DNA from: an uncultured Nitrososphaerota archaeon
GTDB lineage: Archaea; Thermoproteota; Nitrososphaeria; Nitrososphaerales; Nitrosopumilaceae
Assembly (NCBI GenBank): GCA_963824385.1
Contig: CAWGPD010000001.1
Span: 64,001 to 128,000, forward strand
DNA: 64,000 nucleotides
Reading direction: 5' to 3'
Below are positions 34,676 to 45,672 of this stretch, in pieces. A program made the position numbers and the translations under genes. Within the stretch, counting starts at the first letter, position 1, and the number at the start of each line of letters is the position of its first letter. Under the pieces are notes generated by a model that worked only from the letters and a program-made list of their open reading frames with translations, did no database searches and was not told where the DNA came from.

Positions 34676-35875
34676 ATGAAAAACCTACTTGCATTATCGA
34701 TGATTTTTGCATTATTACTGACTTCATTTACTTCTGTTTATGCGCAACAACCCCAGCTTGCATCATACCGAGAAACGGCCAACATACTGATTGATGAAAA
34801 AGTACAAAATAAGACTAGCGCGTTTATCACCCTGGCATCTACAAGCCCAGTGGAAATGAGAGTTCCCTCAGGACTTAATGAAAATATTACAAATACGGCC
34901 AATGTAACTTCAGTAGTAATAACAAATGCAGAGAAGTGTGTAGAAGGAGTTACTGAAGACCAAGGGTGTGTCATAATAAACATAGTTTCTCCATCACTTA
35001 TTGAGACTTACAACATTACAACAATTCAGACAACTGCCAAGCAAGTAGGAGACACTTTGATTGGCGGTATCAACAAGGCATTTGCCACAGATGCCACATT
35101 TTGGTCTACGTTTGTCAATCCAAAAGGAGAACTTAACAATGCTCTTGGCACATCAGGAACAATATCAGGAAACAGAACTATATCAGTTGTATATACAATG
35201 TCAAGACCAGATTCTTCTTATCTTTTTGATGGGTTATCTACCATATTGATACCAAAACAAATTCGTGACGACGGAGGATTTTTTGATGCAGCACAAAAGA
35301 TGGCTCAAGATTCCAATTCTTCAGTTACATTTGTAATTACGCCGGGAAAAGCAGCATCACTTTATCAATTACAAGTCTCAAAAGTCGTTCCAATCAAGGG
35401 CAAAGTAACTACAGTCAACCCACTTGAGTTGCTAGGTGTTGACAAACTAGAAAGATCAAGTTACTATAGTGTGGGTTTCTTTCCTTTGAATTCCATCCTG
35501 CAAGTAACAGCAATATCTAATGATAATATTGCAGTAACAGGATATAGTGGAGATTTAACTCCTACTACTATCAAAGACGGCCAAAAATTTCCAACAGATC
35601 TGACTAAAGCAGGTTGGATATTTGACCCAGACTCGGGCAATAGAATTTCCGCAATATACCTATTTGGAACAACAACGTCATTTACAGGTAATCAATCTTC
35701 ATTGACATTAGGTAGTGCATCAGCACAGAGCCAAATCACACAAACCAATACTACAACCATACAACCAACATTACCAACAGTTACACAATCTTCCAACAAT
35801 TATTCCACTTATGCTCTAATTGGAATAATTGCAGCAGGCGCAGTTGCAGTATACATATTCATAAGAAGAAGATAA
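34676..35875 (+). CDS. Exported surface protein with C-terminal TM anchor
   Basis: Signal peptide, Thr/Gln linker, terminal TM helix followed by RRR. Confidence 0.75.
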   Translation: MKNLLALSMIFALLLTSFTSVYAQQPQLASYRETANILIDEKVQNKTSAFITLASTSPVEMRVPSGLNENITNTANVTSVVITNAEKCVEGVTEDQGCVIINIVSPSLIETYNITTIQTTAKQVGDTLIGGINKAFATDATFWSTFVNPKGELNNALGTSGTISGNRTISVVYTMSRPDSSYLFDGLSTILIPKQIRDDGGFFDAAQKMAQDSNSSVTFVITPGKAASLYQLQVSKVVPIKGKVTTVNPLELLGVDKLERSSYYSVGFFPLNSILQVTAISNDNIAVTGYSGDLTPTTIKDGQKFPTDLTKAGWIFDPDSGNRISAIYLFGTTTSFTGNQSSLTLGSASAQSQITQTNTTTIQPTLPTVTQSSNNYSTYALIGIIAAGAVAVYIFIRRR

Positions 35876-35878
35876 AAT

Positions 35879-36429
35879 TTAGAGAATCAGTACTGCTGCA
35901 GTAAATACTGTAGTCCAGTGACCTTTTGCATCCCCTACTGCACTCTGTGTGATGTTTCTAGTCTTGTATATTTGTCCAGATATCTTCCACTGTTGTCTTT
36001 TTTCATCCCACTCTTGTTTACATCAAAGGATATTCCAAGCGAGGATGCAAGCATCTGCGCAGCAATATCTTCGGCATAATCACCTGCTTCTTTTTCAGTC
36101 TCTCCAAATGAGATGTATTCAGATAGATAACCATACTTTGTCTTGTCTTTAGGTTCTGCGATTCCAACTGATGCAGCCATCAATCTATGAGGCTCATTAC
36201 TTTCCTGTCTTGAATAAATTGCAAATGTAACACTACCAGGGCGTATCAGTTTCAGGCCTTCAGCTTTTGAAATCAGTTTGCAGCCTGGTGGAAATATACT
36301 AGATATCAAAACCAAATTTGTTCCGGCTATTCCAGCATCTCTTAATGCATATTCAAAACTTGTTAGTCTGTCAGGATGTACGCCCTTACCTTTAGTAAGA
36401 AATATTTTTTTTGCTACTAAATCCAGCAC
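35879..36429 (-). CDS. pdaD: Pyruvoyl-dependent arginine decarboxylase (apparent frameshift at ~36011)
   Basis: SFEYALRDAGI, NLVLISSIFP (SS cleavage site), GYLSEY; the C-terminus WDEKRQQWKISGQIYKTRNITQSA...WTTVFTAAVLIL is in another frame. Confidence 0.92.
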
Positions 36430-36483
36430 AAATCAAGTCTTAACTCACATCTTTAAAAATATATTGAATTGATAAAAATTCAA

Positions 36484-36939
36484 TTATTTTAAATTCTGTA
36501 ATGACGAAATTATTTCTTGACCATGTTTTTCAGGACTTATATCTCTGAAAATTTTTGAAATCTTACCATCTTTATCTATAATGAATGTAGAACGTTTTGC
36601 AAGTCCTGCAATATTTAATCCGGCATAAGTCTTGCAAGCGATCTTTTGCATATCACTTAGATGAAGATATGGGACATTATACTCCTCAACAAATTTCTTT
36701 TGATCTTCAACTGTGTCTATAGATATTGCAAAGAGTTCAGCTTGCTCTTTTATCTTAGGATATGCCGCAATTATGGCCTCTGCCATTTGAAATACCTTCT
36801 TTGATGGGCATGCAAAGAGATGATTTTTAGGATAGAACGATAGTACGACATTCTTTTTTCCTTTAAACGAACTTAGTTTTATGGTATTACCATCATTTGC
36901 TACAAGCTCAAAATCGGGAGCCAGGTCGCCTTCGTTCAC
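36484..36939 (-). CDS. Peroxiredoxin-like (BCP/AhpC-TSA) protein
   Basis: [13 protein letters not shown]...[15 protein letters not shown]. Confidence 0.85.
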   Translation of the reverse strand: MNEGDLAPDFELVANDGNTIKLSSFKGKKNVVLSFYPKNHLFACPSKKVFQMAEAIIAAYPKIKEQAELFAISIDTVEDQKKFVEEYNVPYLHLSDMQKIACKTYAGLNIAGLAKRSTFIIDKDGKISKIFRDISPEKHGQEIISSLQNLK

Positions 36940-37013
36940 ACCTATTCATCTACAAATACAGGTTAATACCATTTCTGTTGTAATTTTTTTATCCCAGAAC
37001 TAAATCTATCAGA

Positions 37014-37544
37014 TTACTTTTTGAATTTCTTTTGATACAACTTTATTCCAGCAAGGACTTCTTTCTTTGCGCTAACAGCGTTTTTCCATCCCAATATCTC
37101 GACTTTCTTTCCTTCGAGTTGTTTGTACACTTCAAAAAAGTGAGCAATTTCTTGCAAATAGTGTTTGTCAAGGTCAGCAATATCCTTTAGATTATCATAT
37201 CTTACGTCGTCTTTTGCAACACATAAAATCTTGTTATCCATTTCACCTCCATCTTTCATACGAAGTATTCCAATCGGACGTGATTCTATTAGAACGCCTG
37301 GATATGTGTGGTTAGTAACAAGTACAAGTGCATCCATTGGATCGCCATCTTCTGCATATGTTTGTGGAATTATGCCATATTCTCCTGGATAGAAAAATGG
37401 TGAAAATAATACTCTATCAAGTTTAATGATACCTCTTTTTTTATCATATTCGTATTTGTTCTGAGAACCTTTTGGGATTTCAACTATAACGTTAATCACA
37501 GATGGGGTTTTCGGGCCAGTTTCAATGTCATGCCACAAGTCCAT
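37014..37544 (-). CDS. ppa: Soluble inorganic pyrophosphatase (family I)
   Basis: EIPKGSQNKYE, YGIIPQT, EDGDPMD, FFEVYKQLE. Confidence 0.96.
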   Translation of the reverse strand: MDLWHDIETGPKTPSVINVIVEIPKGSQNKYEYDKKRGIIKLDRVLFSPFFYPGEYGIIPQTYAEDGDPMDALVLVTNHTYPGVLIESRPIGILRMKDGGEMDNKILCVAKDDVRYDNLKDIADLDKHYLQEIAHFFEVYKQLEGKKVEILGWKNAVSAKKEVLAGIKLYQKKFKK

Positions 37545-37684
37545 GACGAATTGTCAGAAATATGTCCTATTTAATTTACATCATACGACGAAAATTTCCT
37601 TATAACGAATTTCTTATTTTTCAAGACATCAAAATAGGATTACTTCGGAAAAAGATAAAACGCCAATCAAGATTCATCTGAATA

Positions 37685-38728
37685 ATGAAGGCAGCATATG
37701 TTTCAGGACCAGCAGATGTCCAGATAAAAAATGTAGAGAGACCACAAGTTGGCAAGGGAGAGATACTAGTTACCATGAAAGCATGTGGCGTATGCGGTTC
37801 TGACTTGGAAAAGATTTATGGAAAATACAGTCAGCCTTCCATGAGATTAGGCCATGAGCCTTCTGGAATAGTTTCTGCAGTAGGTGAAGGTACAATCGAT
37901 TTTAAAAAAGGAGATAGAGTATTTACGCATCACCACGTACCATGTTATTCTTGTCACTTTTGTACACATGGAAATGAGACAATGTGTCAGAAATATTCAG
38001 AGACAAATCTTTCACCGTGTGGACTAGCGGAGGAGTTTATTGTTCCCGAGTGGAATGTATCACATGGCGGGGTTATAAAATTACCAGATCATGTAAGTTT
38101 TGAAGAAGCATCTATGATAGAACCATTAGCATGTTGTGTACGAGCATGGAATAAAATAAAATTCAAAAAAGGAGACTCGATTGCAATTCTCGGAGCAGGG
38201 CCAACAGGCCTTATGCACCTCATGTTAAGCAAGGTGTATGGAATTGAAGAGGTATTTTGTTTTGACCTCAATGATTTTAGATTAGATTTTACAAAAAAGT
38301 TTGGCATAACAGAAGCAATAAGATCAGATGATAAAGACGCATATCAAAAAATTCTTTCAAAGACTAGTAATCGTGGAGTAGACATAGTGATGGTTGCAAC
38401 TGGAAGTCTTGATGCCATATCTCAAGCAATTGATTTTGTAAGAAAAGGCGGTACTGTCATGTTATTTGGAGTTCCTTCAAAAGATGCAAAGATGTCACTT
38501 GATATGAGTAAAGTATATTCTAAAGAAATTACAATCACACCAAGTTACGCATCTTCTGAAAGGGATACAAATGAAGCATTCAAGCTAATTGAACAAGGAA
38601 TAGTGGATGTAAAAAAATTGATCACCCACAAGTTTGATCTTACTGAATCTGCAAAAGCTTTGGATTATGCTCATCAAGGAAATGATTCCATGAAAATAAT
38701 AATTACAAATTCAGAAACGCTTAACTAA
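37685..38728 (+). CDS. Zinc-dependent alcohol/polyol dehydrogenase (MDR)
   Basis: CGSD, GHE, CYSCHFC...C structural Zn site, GAGPTG. Confidence 0.9.
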   Translation: MKAAYVSGPADVQIKNVERPQVGKGEILVTMKACGVCGSDLEKIYGKYSQPSMRLGHEPSGIVSAVGEGTIDFKKGDRVFTHHHVPCYSCHFCTHGNETMCQKYSETNLSPCGLAEEFIVPEWNVSHGGVIKLPDHVSFEEASMIEPLACCVRAWNKIKFKKGDSIAILGAGPTGLMHLMLSKVYGIEEVFCFDLNDFRLDFTKKFGITEAIRSDDKDAYQKILSKTSNRGVDIVMVATGSLDAISQAIDFVRKGGTVMLFGVPSKDAKMSLDMSKVYSKEITITPSYASSERDTNEAFKLIEQGIVDVKKLITHKFDLTESAKALDYAHQGNDSMKIIITNSETLN

Positions 38729-38750
38729 GGCAAATTTTTTTGATGAAGAT

Positions 38751-39588
38751 ATGGATTGGGGACTCAAAAACAGGCTTGCAAAAATAATCAAACCGCAAAA
38801 CAGGCGCGGTGTCATGCTTGCAGTAGACCATGGATATTTCCTTGGACCTACAGAGAGATTAGAAGTGCCCAGAAAAACCATAGCCCCATTGTTACCTTTT
38901 GCTGATTCTCTCATGCTTACAAGAGGTGTTCTAAGAACATCGGTTGACGCAAATTTTCCAGTACCAGTTGTGCTCAGAGTATCAGGAGGAGCAAGCATCA
39001 TTGGAAAAGATCTTTCAAATGAAACAATAACCACATCGGTAAAAGAGGCAATTAGGCTAAATGTATCAGCCCTTGCAATGTCAATATTTATCGGAGCACC
39101 TCATGAACATGAATCACTTGTCAGCCTAGGCAATCTTGTAAATGAAGGTGAAGAATATGGAATACCAGTACTAGCAGTTACCGCAGTAGGTAAAGAATTA
39201 GAAAAACGTGATGCAAGATATTTAGGATTAGCATGTAGAATGGCTGCAGAATTTGGCGCACACCTAGTCAAGACATATTATTGTGAGAACTTTGAAAAAG
39301 TAGTAACAGCATGTCCAGTGCCAGTCATAATTGCCGGAGGTCCAAAACTTGCAACAGAACTTGACGTATTTAATTTAACATATGATGCATTACAAGCAGG
39401 TGCATCTGGAGTTGACATGGGACGAAACATTTGGCAAAACGATCATCCAGTTGCCATGATAAAGGCAGTAAGAGTCTATAGTACACCAAAAAGTCACAGT
39501 CAAGGAAGCCAATGAAATTTTTAAAAAAATAAAGGGAGAGTTGCCTCAAAAAAGTAAACCGGCACCAAAAAGTAAATCAAAAAAATAA
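38751..39588 (+). CDS. lsrF: LsrF-type class I aldolase/thiolase (apparent frameshift at ~39475)
   Basis: MDWGLKNRL, MLAVDHGY, VKTYY, IAGGPK, GVDMGRNIWQ; the tail AIVHQKVTVKEA is in another frame. Confidence 0.85.
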
Positions 39589-39592
39589 ATTC

Positions 39593-39997
39593 TTAATCTG
39601 AAATTTTTGTCAAATGTATGTGGACTATCTTCCACTTTGTATTTTTTATAAAAACAAAGGTTGCTCTGCTTTCCATTGCAAGGTGTTGTCCTCTAAAGCT
39701 ATAATTATCTACAATCATTCCAGATTGTTTTACAGTAAAGGTTGCAACCGCAAAAGTCTCAAACAGATCCACTCGAGTATTTTTTAATTCAAAATCATAA
39801 TCAGAGATGCTTACAAATCGTAATTGTTCTAATGCAGTTGTAGTTGCAAAGTCTTTTAGATCAAATGGGGGAACATCACTGTATGAAGAAAATCTCGGAT
39901 CATCAAGTTGGATGACACTTAACGGTGCAACGTTCTTGGTCCTTCCGGCAGTAAAAAATGTCACAATTACATCAAGAATTTCTTCTTTATCGCTCAA
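39593..39997 (-). CDS. NTF2/SnoaL-like protein
   Basis: RATFVFIK...WKIVHIH C-terminal pattern. Confidence 0.75.
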   Translation of the reverse strand: MSDKEEILDVIVTFFTAGRTKNVAPLSVIQLDDPRFSSYSDVPPFDLKDFATTTALEQLRFVSISDYDFELKNTRVDLFETFAVATFTVKQSGMIVDNYSFRGQHLAMESRATFVFIKNTKWKIVHIHLTKISD

Positions 39998-40114
39998 AAT
40001 CGGTATTGCTTAAGACAAATCTACTTTAAGTCTTATGACATGCTAAACGCAGGTTAAATTTGTGCCTAGCAATATCCAATACATGGTGGATTTAGGACAA
40101 TCTCTATTACAAAT

Positions 40115-40381
40115 TTATGAACGCTTAATGGCCCGTTTGACTGATTCCCTATTTTTTAGAAGATAAAATGTAGAACTACTGGATTTGAAGTTCACTTTTA
40201 CTATGCTGCTTGTTACTAACCTGACAAGTTTTGCTGGATGAGTCTCTACATCAAACCATTGCCAACCCTGGTATTGCTTGTTGGACAGATTCTCTTCCTC
40301 TTTTTGTACGGCTAGTTGAAGTGTCTTGAGATATTCGGGCTTCTGAGTGAGTAATTGTACCGTGTTGTTAAAATCTTGCAT
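40115..40381 (-). CDS. Small putative winged-helix protein divergent from hyfB
   Basis: Likely start ATG 40381 (MQDFN...); GWQWFDV..HPAKLVRLV...FKS...FYLL helix-wing pattern. Confidence 0.55.
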   Translation of the reverse strand: MQDFNNTVQLLTQKPEYLKTLQLAVQKEEENLSNKQYQGWQWFDVETHPAKLVRLVTSSIVKVNFKSSSSTFYLLKNRESVKRAIKRS

Positions 40382-40519
40382 TAATACACATACATATACA
40401 TACACATATACCTTTTTCTCATAAACAATTAAATGCATATTGCATGAATTTAGCCTCAAAGATCCATTCTATGAAAAATAATTTCAACAACATTATGGGA
40501 TCAACACTGGCTGACAATA

Positions 40520-42556
40520 ATGATTAGTAGTCTTGTTTTATTTCAAATTCTAATTGTGCTATTCATAGTAGGAGCACTATCTGGGTTATTATCACGAAAT
40601 AGCAGACTTACACGACATCTGACATTTGTCCCTGCCATGATTGGTTCGATTTTTACCATCATATTTTCAATCGAGATCATAACTGGCGCACCACTAAAGT
40701 TGGCCGTATCAAACATACTTCCTTTCTTCAATCTTGAGATCTTGGTGGATGGAGTATCTGCATTTTTCATGTTAATAATTGGATTAGCATCATTTGCGGT
40801 TTCATTATACTCTATCGGATATTCAAAGGAGTATGAAACTAAAAAAAGAATATCTGCTTTTGGATTTCTATTTAATATTTTTATTTTATCAATGATTCTC
40901 GTCGTGTCATCAAACAACGCATTTTTCTTTTTGATATTCTGGGAATTAATGTCGCTTGTTTCATTTTTCTTGGTAATCTATGATCACGACAAGGAAGAAA
41001 ATCTAAAATCAGGAATTACATATCTTGTCATGACACATTTTGGAACTGCTCTTATTTTTGTATCATTTCTACTTGGATATATTCAGACAGGCAGTTTTAG
41101 TTTTGATTCACTGCGTGAATCTTCTGCTTCATTTCCGTTATTAGTAAAAAATCTCGTATTTGCTTTTGCGTTTGTTGGATTTGGAGTAAAAGCAGGAATT
41201 GTTCCATTACATACTTGGCTGCCCCATGCACATCCATCTGCTCCAAGCAATGTTTCTGCATTAATGTCTGCAGTTATGATAAAAATGGGAATCTATGGTA
41301 TAGTTAGAACAGTTTTTGATTTTTCCGGCTTTGGTGCCTCCCCAGACTTTGCATGGTGGGGCGTACTCATGATTGCCGTAGGTTCCATATCTGCAGTAAC
41401 CGGTGTGCTATATGCCGTAATTGAGCGGGACATAAAGCGAGCCCTTGCTTATTCCAGCATAGAAAACATAGGAATAATCCTAATCGGATTGGGGCTCTCT
41501 GTAGTCTTTTCCGCATATCACCTCATAGCACTCTCAGTCTTGGCATTTATTGCAAGCATGTATCACACCATAAACCATGCAGTCTTCAAGGGATTGCTTT
41601 TCATGGGCGCGGGCTCTGTCGTATACGCCACCCATACTAGAAACATCGAAGATCTTGGTGGAATAATCAAGCAAATGCCATGGACTTCGTTGTTATTTCT
41701 AATTGGAGCTGTCTCAATTGTTGGATTGCCACCATTCAATGGTTTTGTAAGCGAATGGTTAACACTGCAATCTTTTCTTTCAAGTTATCAGATACCATCT
41801 ACAATACTGCAAATATCAATCGCATTTGCAAGCTTGCCCTTTGCACTCACAATAGGGATTGCATCTGCAACATTTGTCAGATTGTTTGGAATAACATTTC
41901 TTTCAAGAGCACGAAGTAAACATGCTCTTAACATCAAAGAAGTTCCACGCAGTATGATTGTAGGAATGGCAGTGTTGGCAGCTGTTTGTATCTTACTTGG
42001 AATACTTGCATCCTTAGGAATTTCGTTGGTAAGTTCTGCATTCCATTTACCATCACAACCTTCCAGTCCATTGGACAGTATAACATTACACAACAATGTA
42101 AATCCAGTACATCTCTCCATGCCATTTATTCTGATTTTGTTTTCAGCTATTACAGTGGGCGCTTTTGGTTTTATTCGAACAATTGGTGGAAAAACCAGCA
42201 AGACAATCTATGGAACATGGGATTGCGGATTTGGAAATCTAAATGAAAAAATGGAATACACTGCAACATCATTGTCTCAACCAATACGTGCAGTCTTCAA
42301 AGTTTTTTTCAAGCCACACAATATAACCAGTAAGGAATTTTTTGTATCGACAAATCAATACTTGATAAAATCCATCAAATTCAGTTCCATAACAAAAAAT
42401 ATCTTCGAAGAAAGCCTATACCAACCAATAATATCTTCAACCCTTAGAGTCTTGGACAAGATTCGGAAAATCCAGACAGGAAAGATAAACGCATACTTGC
42501 TATACATAATGATAACCGCAGTCTTACTTCTCTTGTTTGTGAGGTTGAGCCATTGA
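40520..42556 (+). CDS. hyfB: Hydrogenase-4/Ehr antiporter-like subunit B
   Basis: FWELMS, KAGIVPLHTWLPHAHPSAPSNVSALMS, AYSSIENIG, WDCG. Confidence 0.9.
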   Translation: MISSLVLFQILIVLFIVGALSGLLSRNSRLTRHLTFVPAMIGSIFTIIFSIEIITGAPLKLAVSNILPFFNLEILVDGVSAFFMLIIGLASFAVSLYSIGYSKEYETKKRISAFGFLFNIFILSMILVVSSNNAFFFLIFWELMSLVSFFLVIYDHDKEENLKSGITYLVMTHFGTALIFVSFLLGYIQTGSFSFDSLRESSASFPLLVKNLVFAFAFVGFGVKAGIVPLHTWLPHAHPSAPSNVSALMSAVMIKMGIYGIVRTVFDFSGFGASPDFAWWGVLMIAVGSISAVTGVLYAVIERDIKRALAYSSIENIGIILIGLGLSVVFSAYHLIALSVLAFIASMYHTINHAVFKGLLFMGAGSVVYATHTRNIEDLGGIIKQMPWTSLLFLIGAVSIVGLPPFNGFVSEWLTLQSFLSSYQIPSTILQISIAFASLPFALTIGIASATFVRLFGITFLSRARSKHALNIKEVPRSMIVGMAVLAAVCILLGILASLGISLVSSAFHLPSQPSSPLDSITLHNNVNPVHLSMPFILILFSAITVGAFGFIRTIGGKTSKTIYGTWDCGFGNLNEKMEYTATSLSQPIRAVFKVFFKPHNITSKEFFVSTNQYLIKSIKFSSITKNIFEESLYQPIISSTLRVLDKIRKIQTGKINAYLLYIMITAVLLLLFVRLSH

Positions 42557-43497
42557 TGCCTAACCTTGCAGATATTGTAATTGGCATAGTCCAGACTCTT
42601 TTCATCATAGCATTTGCGCCTTTGATGGTTGGAATAATGAACAAAACCAAGGCAAGAACCCAGAAAAGAATCGGCTCAAGTGTATTTCAGCCTTATTATG
42701 ACATCATAAAACTTGTCCACAAAGATGAGGTAGTAACAGACCAGAGTTCGTGGATTTTCAGATCATCACCGTGGATTAACTTTGTAGCTATAGGTACTGC
42801 CGCATTTTTTATTCCCATATTTATTTCATATTCACCATTTGGATTGGTAGGTGACATACTGCTAGTCATTGGCCTGTTTGCTCTTGCCAGATTTTTTACA
42901 ATGTTGGCAGGCCTTGATGTATCTAGTTCCTTTGGTGGATTTGGAGTAAGCAGAGACATGATGATGTCTATGCTTTTGGAACCTGCATTGTTTCTTACAA
43001 TATTTGTTACATCTCTCACATATGGAGGATCAAACATCAGTGGAATAGTAACCGCATCTGCTAATTCCTCATTGGTTTTGCATCCACAACTAATCTTTGC
43101 GCTGATTGCAATGTTTGTTATAACATTAGGTGAAACGGGTAGATTGCCATTTGGTAATTCTTCAACACACCTTGAACTTACCATGATTCATGAGGCAATG
43201 ATTCTAGAATATTCAGGCAAGAGCCTAGCACTGGCAGAATGGTCATCAGCAATAAAGCAACTCATACTGTTATCATTAATTATCAACATCTTTGTTCCAT
43301 TTGGAATATCTACAACAGTATCAGCGCCATTACTAACAACAGGACTGTTATTGTTTGTCGTAAAAGTTTCATTACTTGCTACATCTATTGCATTTCTAGA
43401 ATCAAGAGTTGCAAGGTGGCGTCTTTTTAGATTACCAGATTTGATTGCAATGGCAATTGCAAGTTCCATGATTGGAGTGGTCTTTTTCTATCTCTAG
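42553..43497 (+). CDS. hyfC: Hydrogenase-4/Ehr subunit C (NuoH-like)
   Basis: QPYYDIIKL, SSFGGFGVSR, ETGRLPF...THLELTMIHEAMILEYSG. Confidence 0.9.
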   Translation: MMPNLADIVIGIVQTLFIIAFAPLMVGIMNKTKARTQKRIGSSVFQPYYDIIKLVHKDEVVTDQSSWIFRSSPWINFVAIGTAAFFIPIFISYSPFGLVGDILLVIGLFALARFFTMLAGLDVSSSFGGFGVSRDMMMSMLLEPALFLTIFVTSLTYGGSNISGIVTASANSSLVLHPQLIFALIAMFVITLGETGRLPFGNSSTHLELTMIHEAMILEYSGKSLALAEWSSAIKQLILLSLIINIFVPFGISTTVSAPLLTTGLLLFVVKVSLLATSIAFLESRVARWRLFRLPDLIAMAIASSMIGVVFFYL

Positions 43498-44166
43498 TTG
43501 ATGATTATGGACACAAATCAAATCATGATGTTTTCTGGTGCAATTCTTCTCATTGCTACCTTTGGTATTGTCACAAGGCGTGGATTTGCAGACTGGCTTG
43601 GCGCATATCGATATCAATCAATTGTTCTTGCAGCAATCACTGCACTAATTGCATATGTTACAGGAATTTGGGAGATCTATGTTGCTGCAGGTCTTACCTT
43701 TGTAATAAAATCAATAATAATTCCCAAAGTCTTGCTGTACGTAACAAGAAATCTTGAGATAGAATTCAAGGTAGAGACAAATCCATACGTAAGTCTTAGG
43801 GCGTCAGTAATAATTTCCGCGTTTCTTGTTGCATTGTCATATTTTCTAACACAGCAAATACCGTTCAAGTCAGATCCGATAGTAAGCACTTACTTGCCAA
43901 TATCTATCGCATTATTTCTCATAGGTCTTTTTGTTATCGTAAACAGGAGATCTGCACTCAATCAGGTAGTAGGCCTTTTGATTATAGAAAACGGACTCTT
44001 TCTTTTCACCCTGACATTGACACATGGCGTATCACTCATCATCGAGATGGGCATTTTTGCAGACATATTGGTTGGAATCATAATTTCATCCATACTGCTG
44101 CTCAGGATTAGTCGCACCTTTGATAGCCTAGATGTTGGAAAACTGCAAAACTTGAGGGATGATTAG
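43498..44166 (+). CDS. hyfE: Hydrogenase-4/Ehr subunit E
   Basis: KSIIIP, QVVGLLIIENG, EMGIFAD; position in the operon. Confidence 0.88.
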   Translation: MMIMDTNQIMMFSGAILLIATFGIVTRRGFADWLGAYRYQSIVLAAITALIAYVTGIWEIYVAAGLTFVIKSIIIPKVLLYVTRNLEIEFKVETNPYVSLRASVIISAFLVALSYFLTQQIPFKSDPIVSTYLPISIALFLIGLFVIVNRRSALNQVVGLLIIENGLFLFTLTLTHGVSLIIEMGIFADILVGIIISSILLLRISRTFDSLDVGKLQNLRDD

Positions 44167-45672
44167 ATGGAGTTGACAGATATTTTCAGCGGATCAAACG
44201 GTACTATACTTGCACTACTCTTCACTCCAGTCATCGGAGCAATTCTTGTTACTGTAACAAGACAAAAAAGAATATCGGAGATTGTAACAGTGGCTTCCGC
44301 ATTTTTGATTCTGATACAGGTATTTTTTATTGTATCAAGAATCATTAGCGAAAAAACAATCACGGCATTTGGCAATACATTTTACATCGATTCATTTGGA
44401 GCAATAATACTTTTACCAATATCTATTGTCGGTCTAGTTTCTGCGATGTATTCTGTAAATTACATGGGAAGACAGTATGACAATGGGATGATAGACATGA
44501 AACATGTTACAAGATACTATCAAGGCCTCAATGTTTTTCTGCTGACCATGCTTATTGTTCCAATTTCAAACAACATGGGAATAATGTGGGTCACAGTTGA
44601 AGCTACCACACTTGTCTCTGTTCTTTTGATAATGCTGTATTTCAAACAAAATGCCATTGAGTCTGCATGGAAGTATCTGATAATTGCAACAGTCGGATTA
44701 TCTTTTGCCTTGATAGGTACAACATTTTTTTATTACGCAAATATCAATGTGGAAAATTCAGCAGATGCAATGAACTGGACTTCGATGATGCATAATTCAA
44801 AACTCTTTGATCCTAATTTGGTTAAGATTGCATTTGTTTTCATACTGATTGGTTTTGGGACAAAGGCAGGTCTTGCCCCAATGCACACGTGGCTCCCAGA
44901 CGCACATAGTGAGGCGCCTACACCAGTTAGTGCATTATTGTCAGGAGTTCTCCTCAATTGTGCTTTTTACTGCATAGTACGTTTTCATATAATCAGCAGC
45001 AGTACCATAGGCCCTGCATTTTCAAGCCAACTTTTGATAATACTTGCCGTAATATCTGTAGGAATAGCAGCTGCATCCATCTACTTCCAAAAAGACATGA
45101 AGCGAATGCTTGCCTTTTCCAGTGTAGAACACATGGGTGTAATATCCCTAGGAATTGGTTTTGGGGGCTTACTTGGCGTCTATGGCGCTCTGCTTCAGAT
45201 AATCAATCACGCAATAGTAAAGCCAATGATGTTTTTTGCAAGTGGAACAATCACCCAGAAATACGAGACAAAAGCAATTTCAAAAATAACTGGAGTGATC
45301 AAGGTGATGCCAGCTACAGGTGTTTTGTTTTTGATTGGAGGGCTTGCCTTGGTAGGAATGCCACCATTCAATATTTTCTTGAGTGAGTTTTTGATACTCG
45401 GTGCTGGTCTAAAGTCAGGACAATTTCTTGCCACATCACTTGTAATAATTTTCCTTGTCATCACATTTGCAGTATTTCTCAGACATGTAATCAGGATGGT
45501 TTTTGGAAATCCATCTCCCGAAATAAAAAATGGTTCAATGGGAAGACTTGCAATAATTCCAGTTGTAATTCTTGGCTCACTTGTATTCATACTTGGAGTA
45601 TACATTCCACAACAGTTACAAACACTTGTACACAATGCATCAGCCATAATTAATCTAGGAGGAGTCACATGA
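44167..45672 (+). CDS. hyfF: Hydrogenase-4/Ehr antiporter-like subunit F
   Basis: VEATTL, ESAWKY, GTKAGLAPMHTWLPDAHSEAP, SSVEHMG. Confidence 0.9.
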   Translation: MELTDIFSGSNGTILALLFTPVIGAILVTVTRQKRISEIVTVASAFLILIQVFFIVSRIISEKTITAFGNTFYIDSFGAIILLPISIVGLVSAMYSVNYMGRQYDNGMIDMKHVTRYYQGLNVFLLTMLIVPISNNMGIMWVTVEATTLVSVLLIMLYFKQNAIESAWKYLIIATVGLSFALIGTTFFYYANINVENSADAMNWTSMMHNSKLFDPNLVKIAFVFILIGFGTKAGLAPMHTWLPDAHSEAPTPVSALLSGVLLNCAFYCIVRFHIISSSTIGPAFSSQLLIILAVISVGIAAASIYFQKDMKRMLAFSSVEHMGVISLGIGFGGLLGVYGALLQIINHAIVKPMMFFASGTITQKYETKAISKITGVIKVMPATGVLFLIGGLALVGMPPFNIFLSEFLILGAGLKSGQFLATSLVIIFLVITFAVFLRHVIRMVFGNPSPEIKNGSMGRLAIIPVVILGSLVFILGVYIPQQLQTLVHNASAIINLGGVT

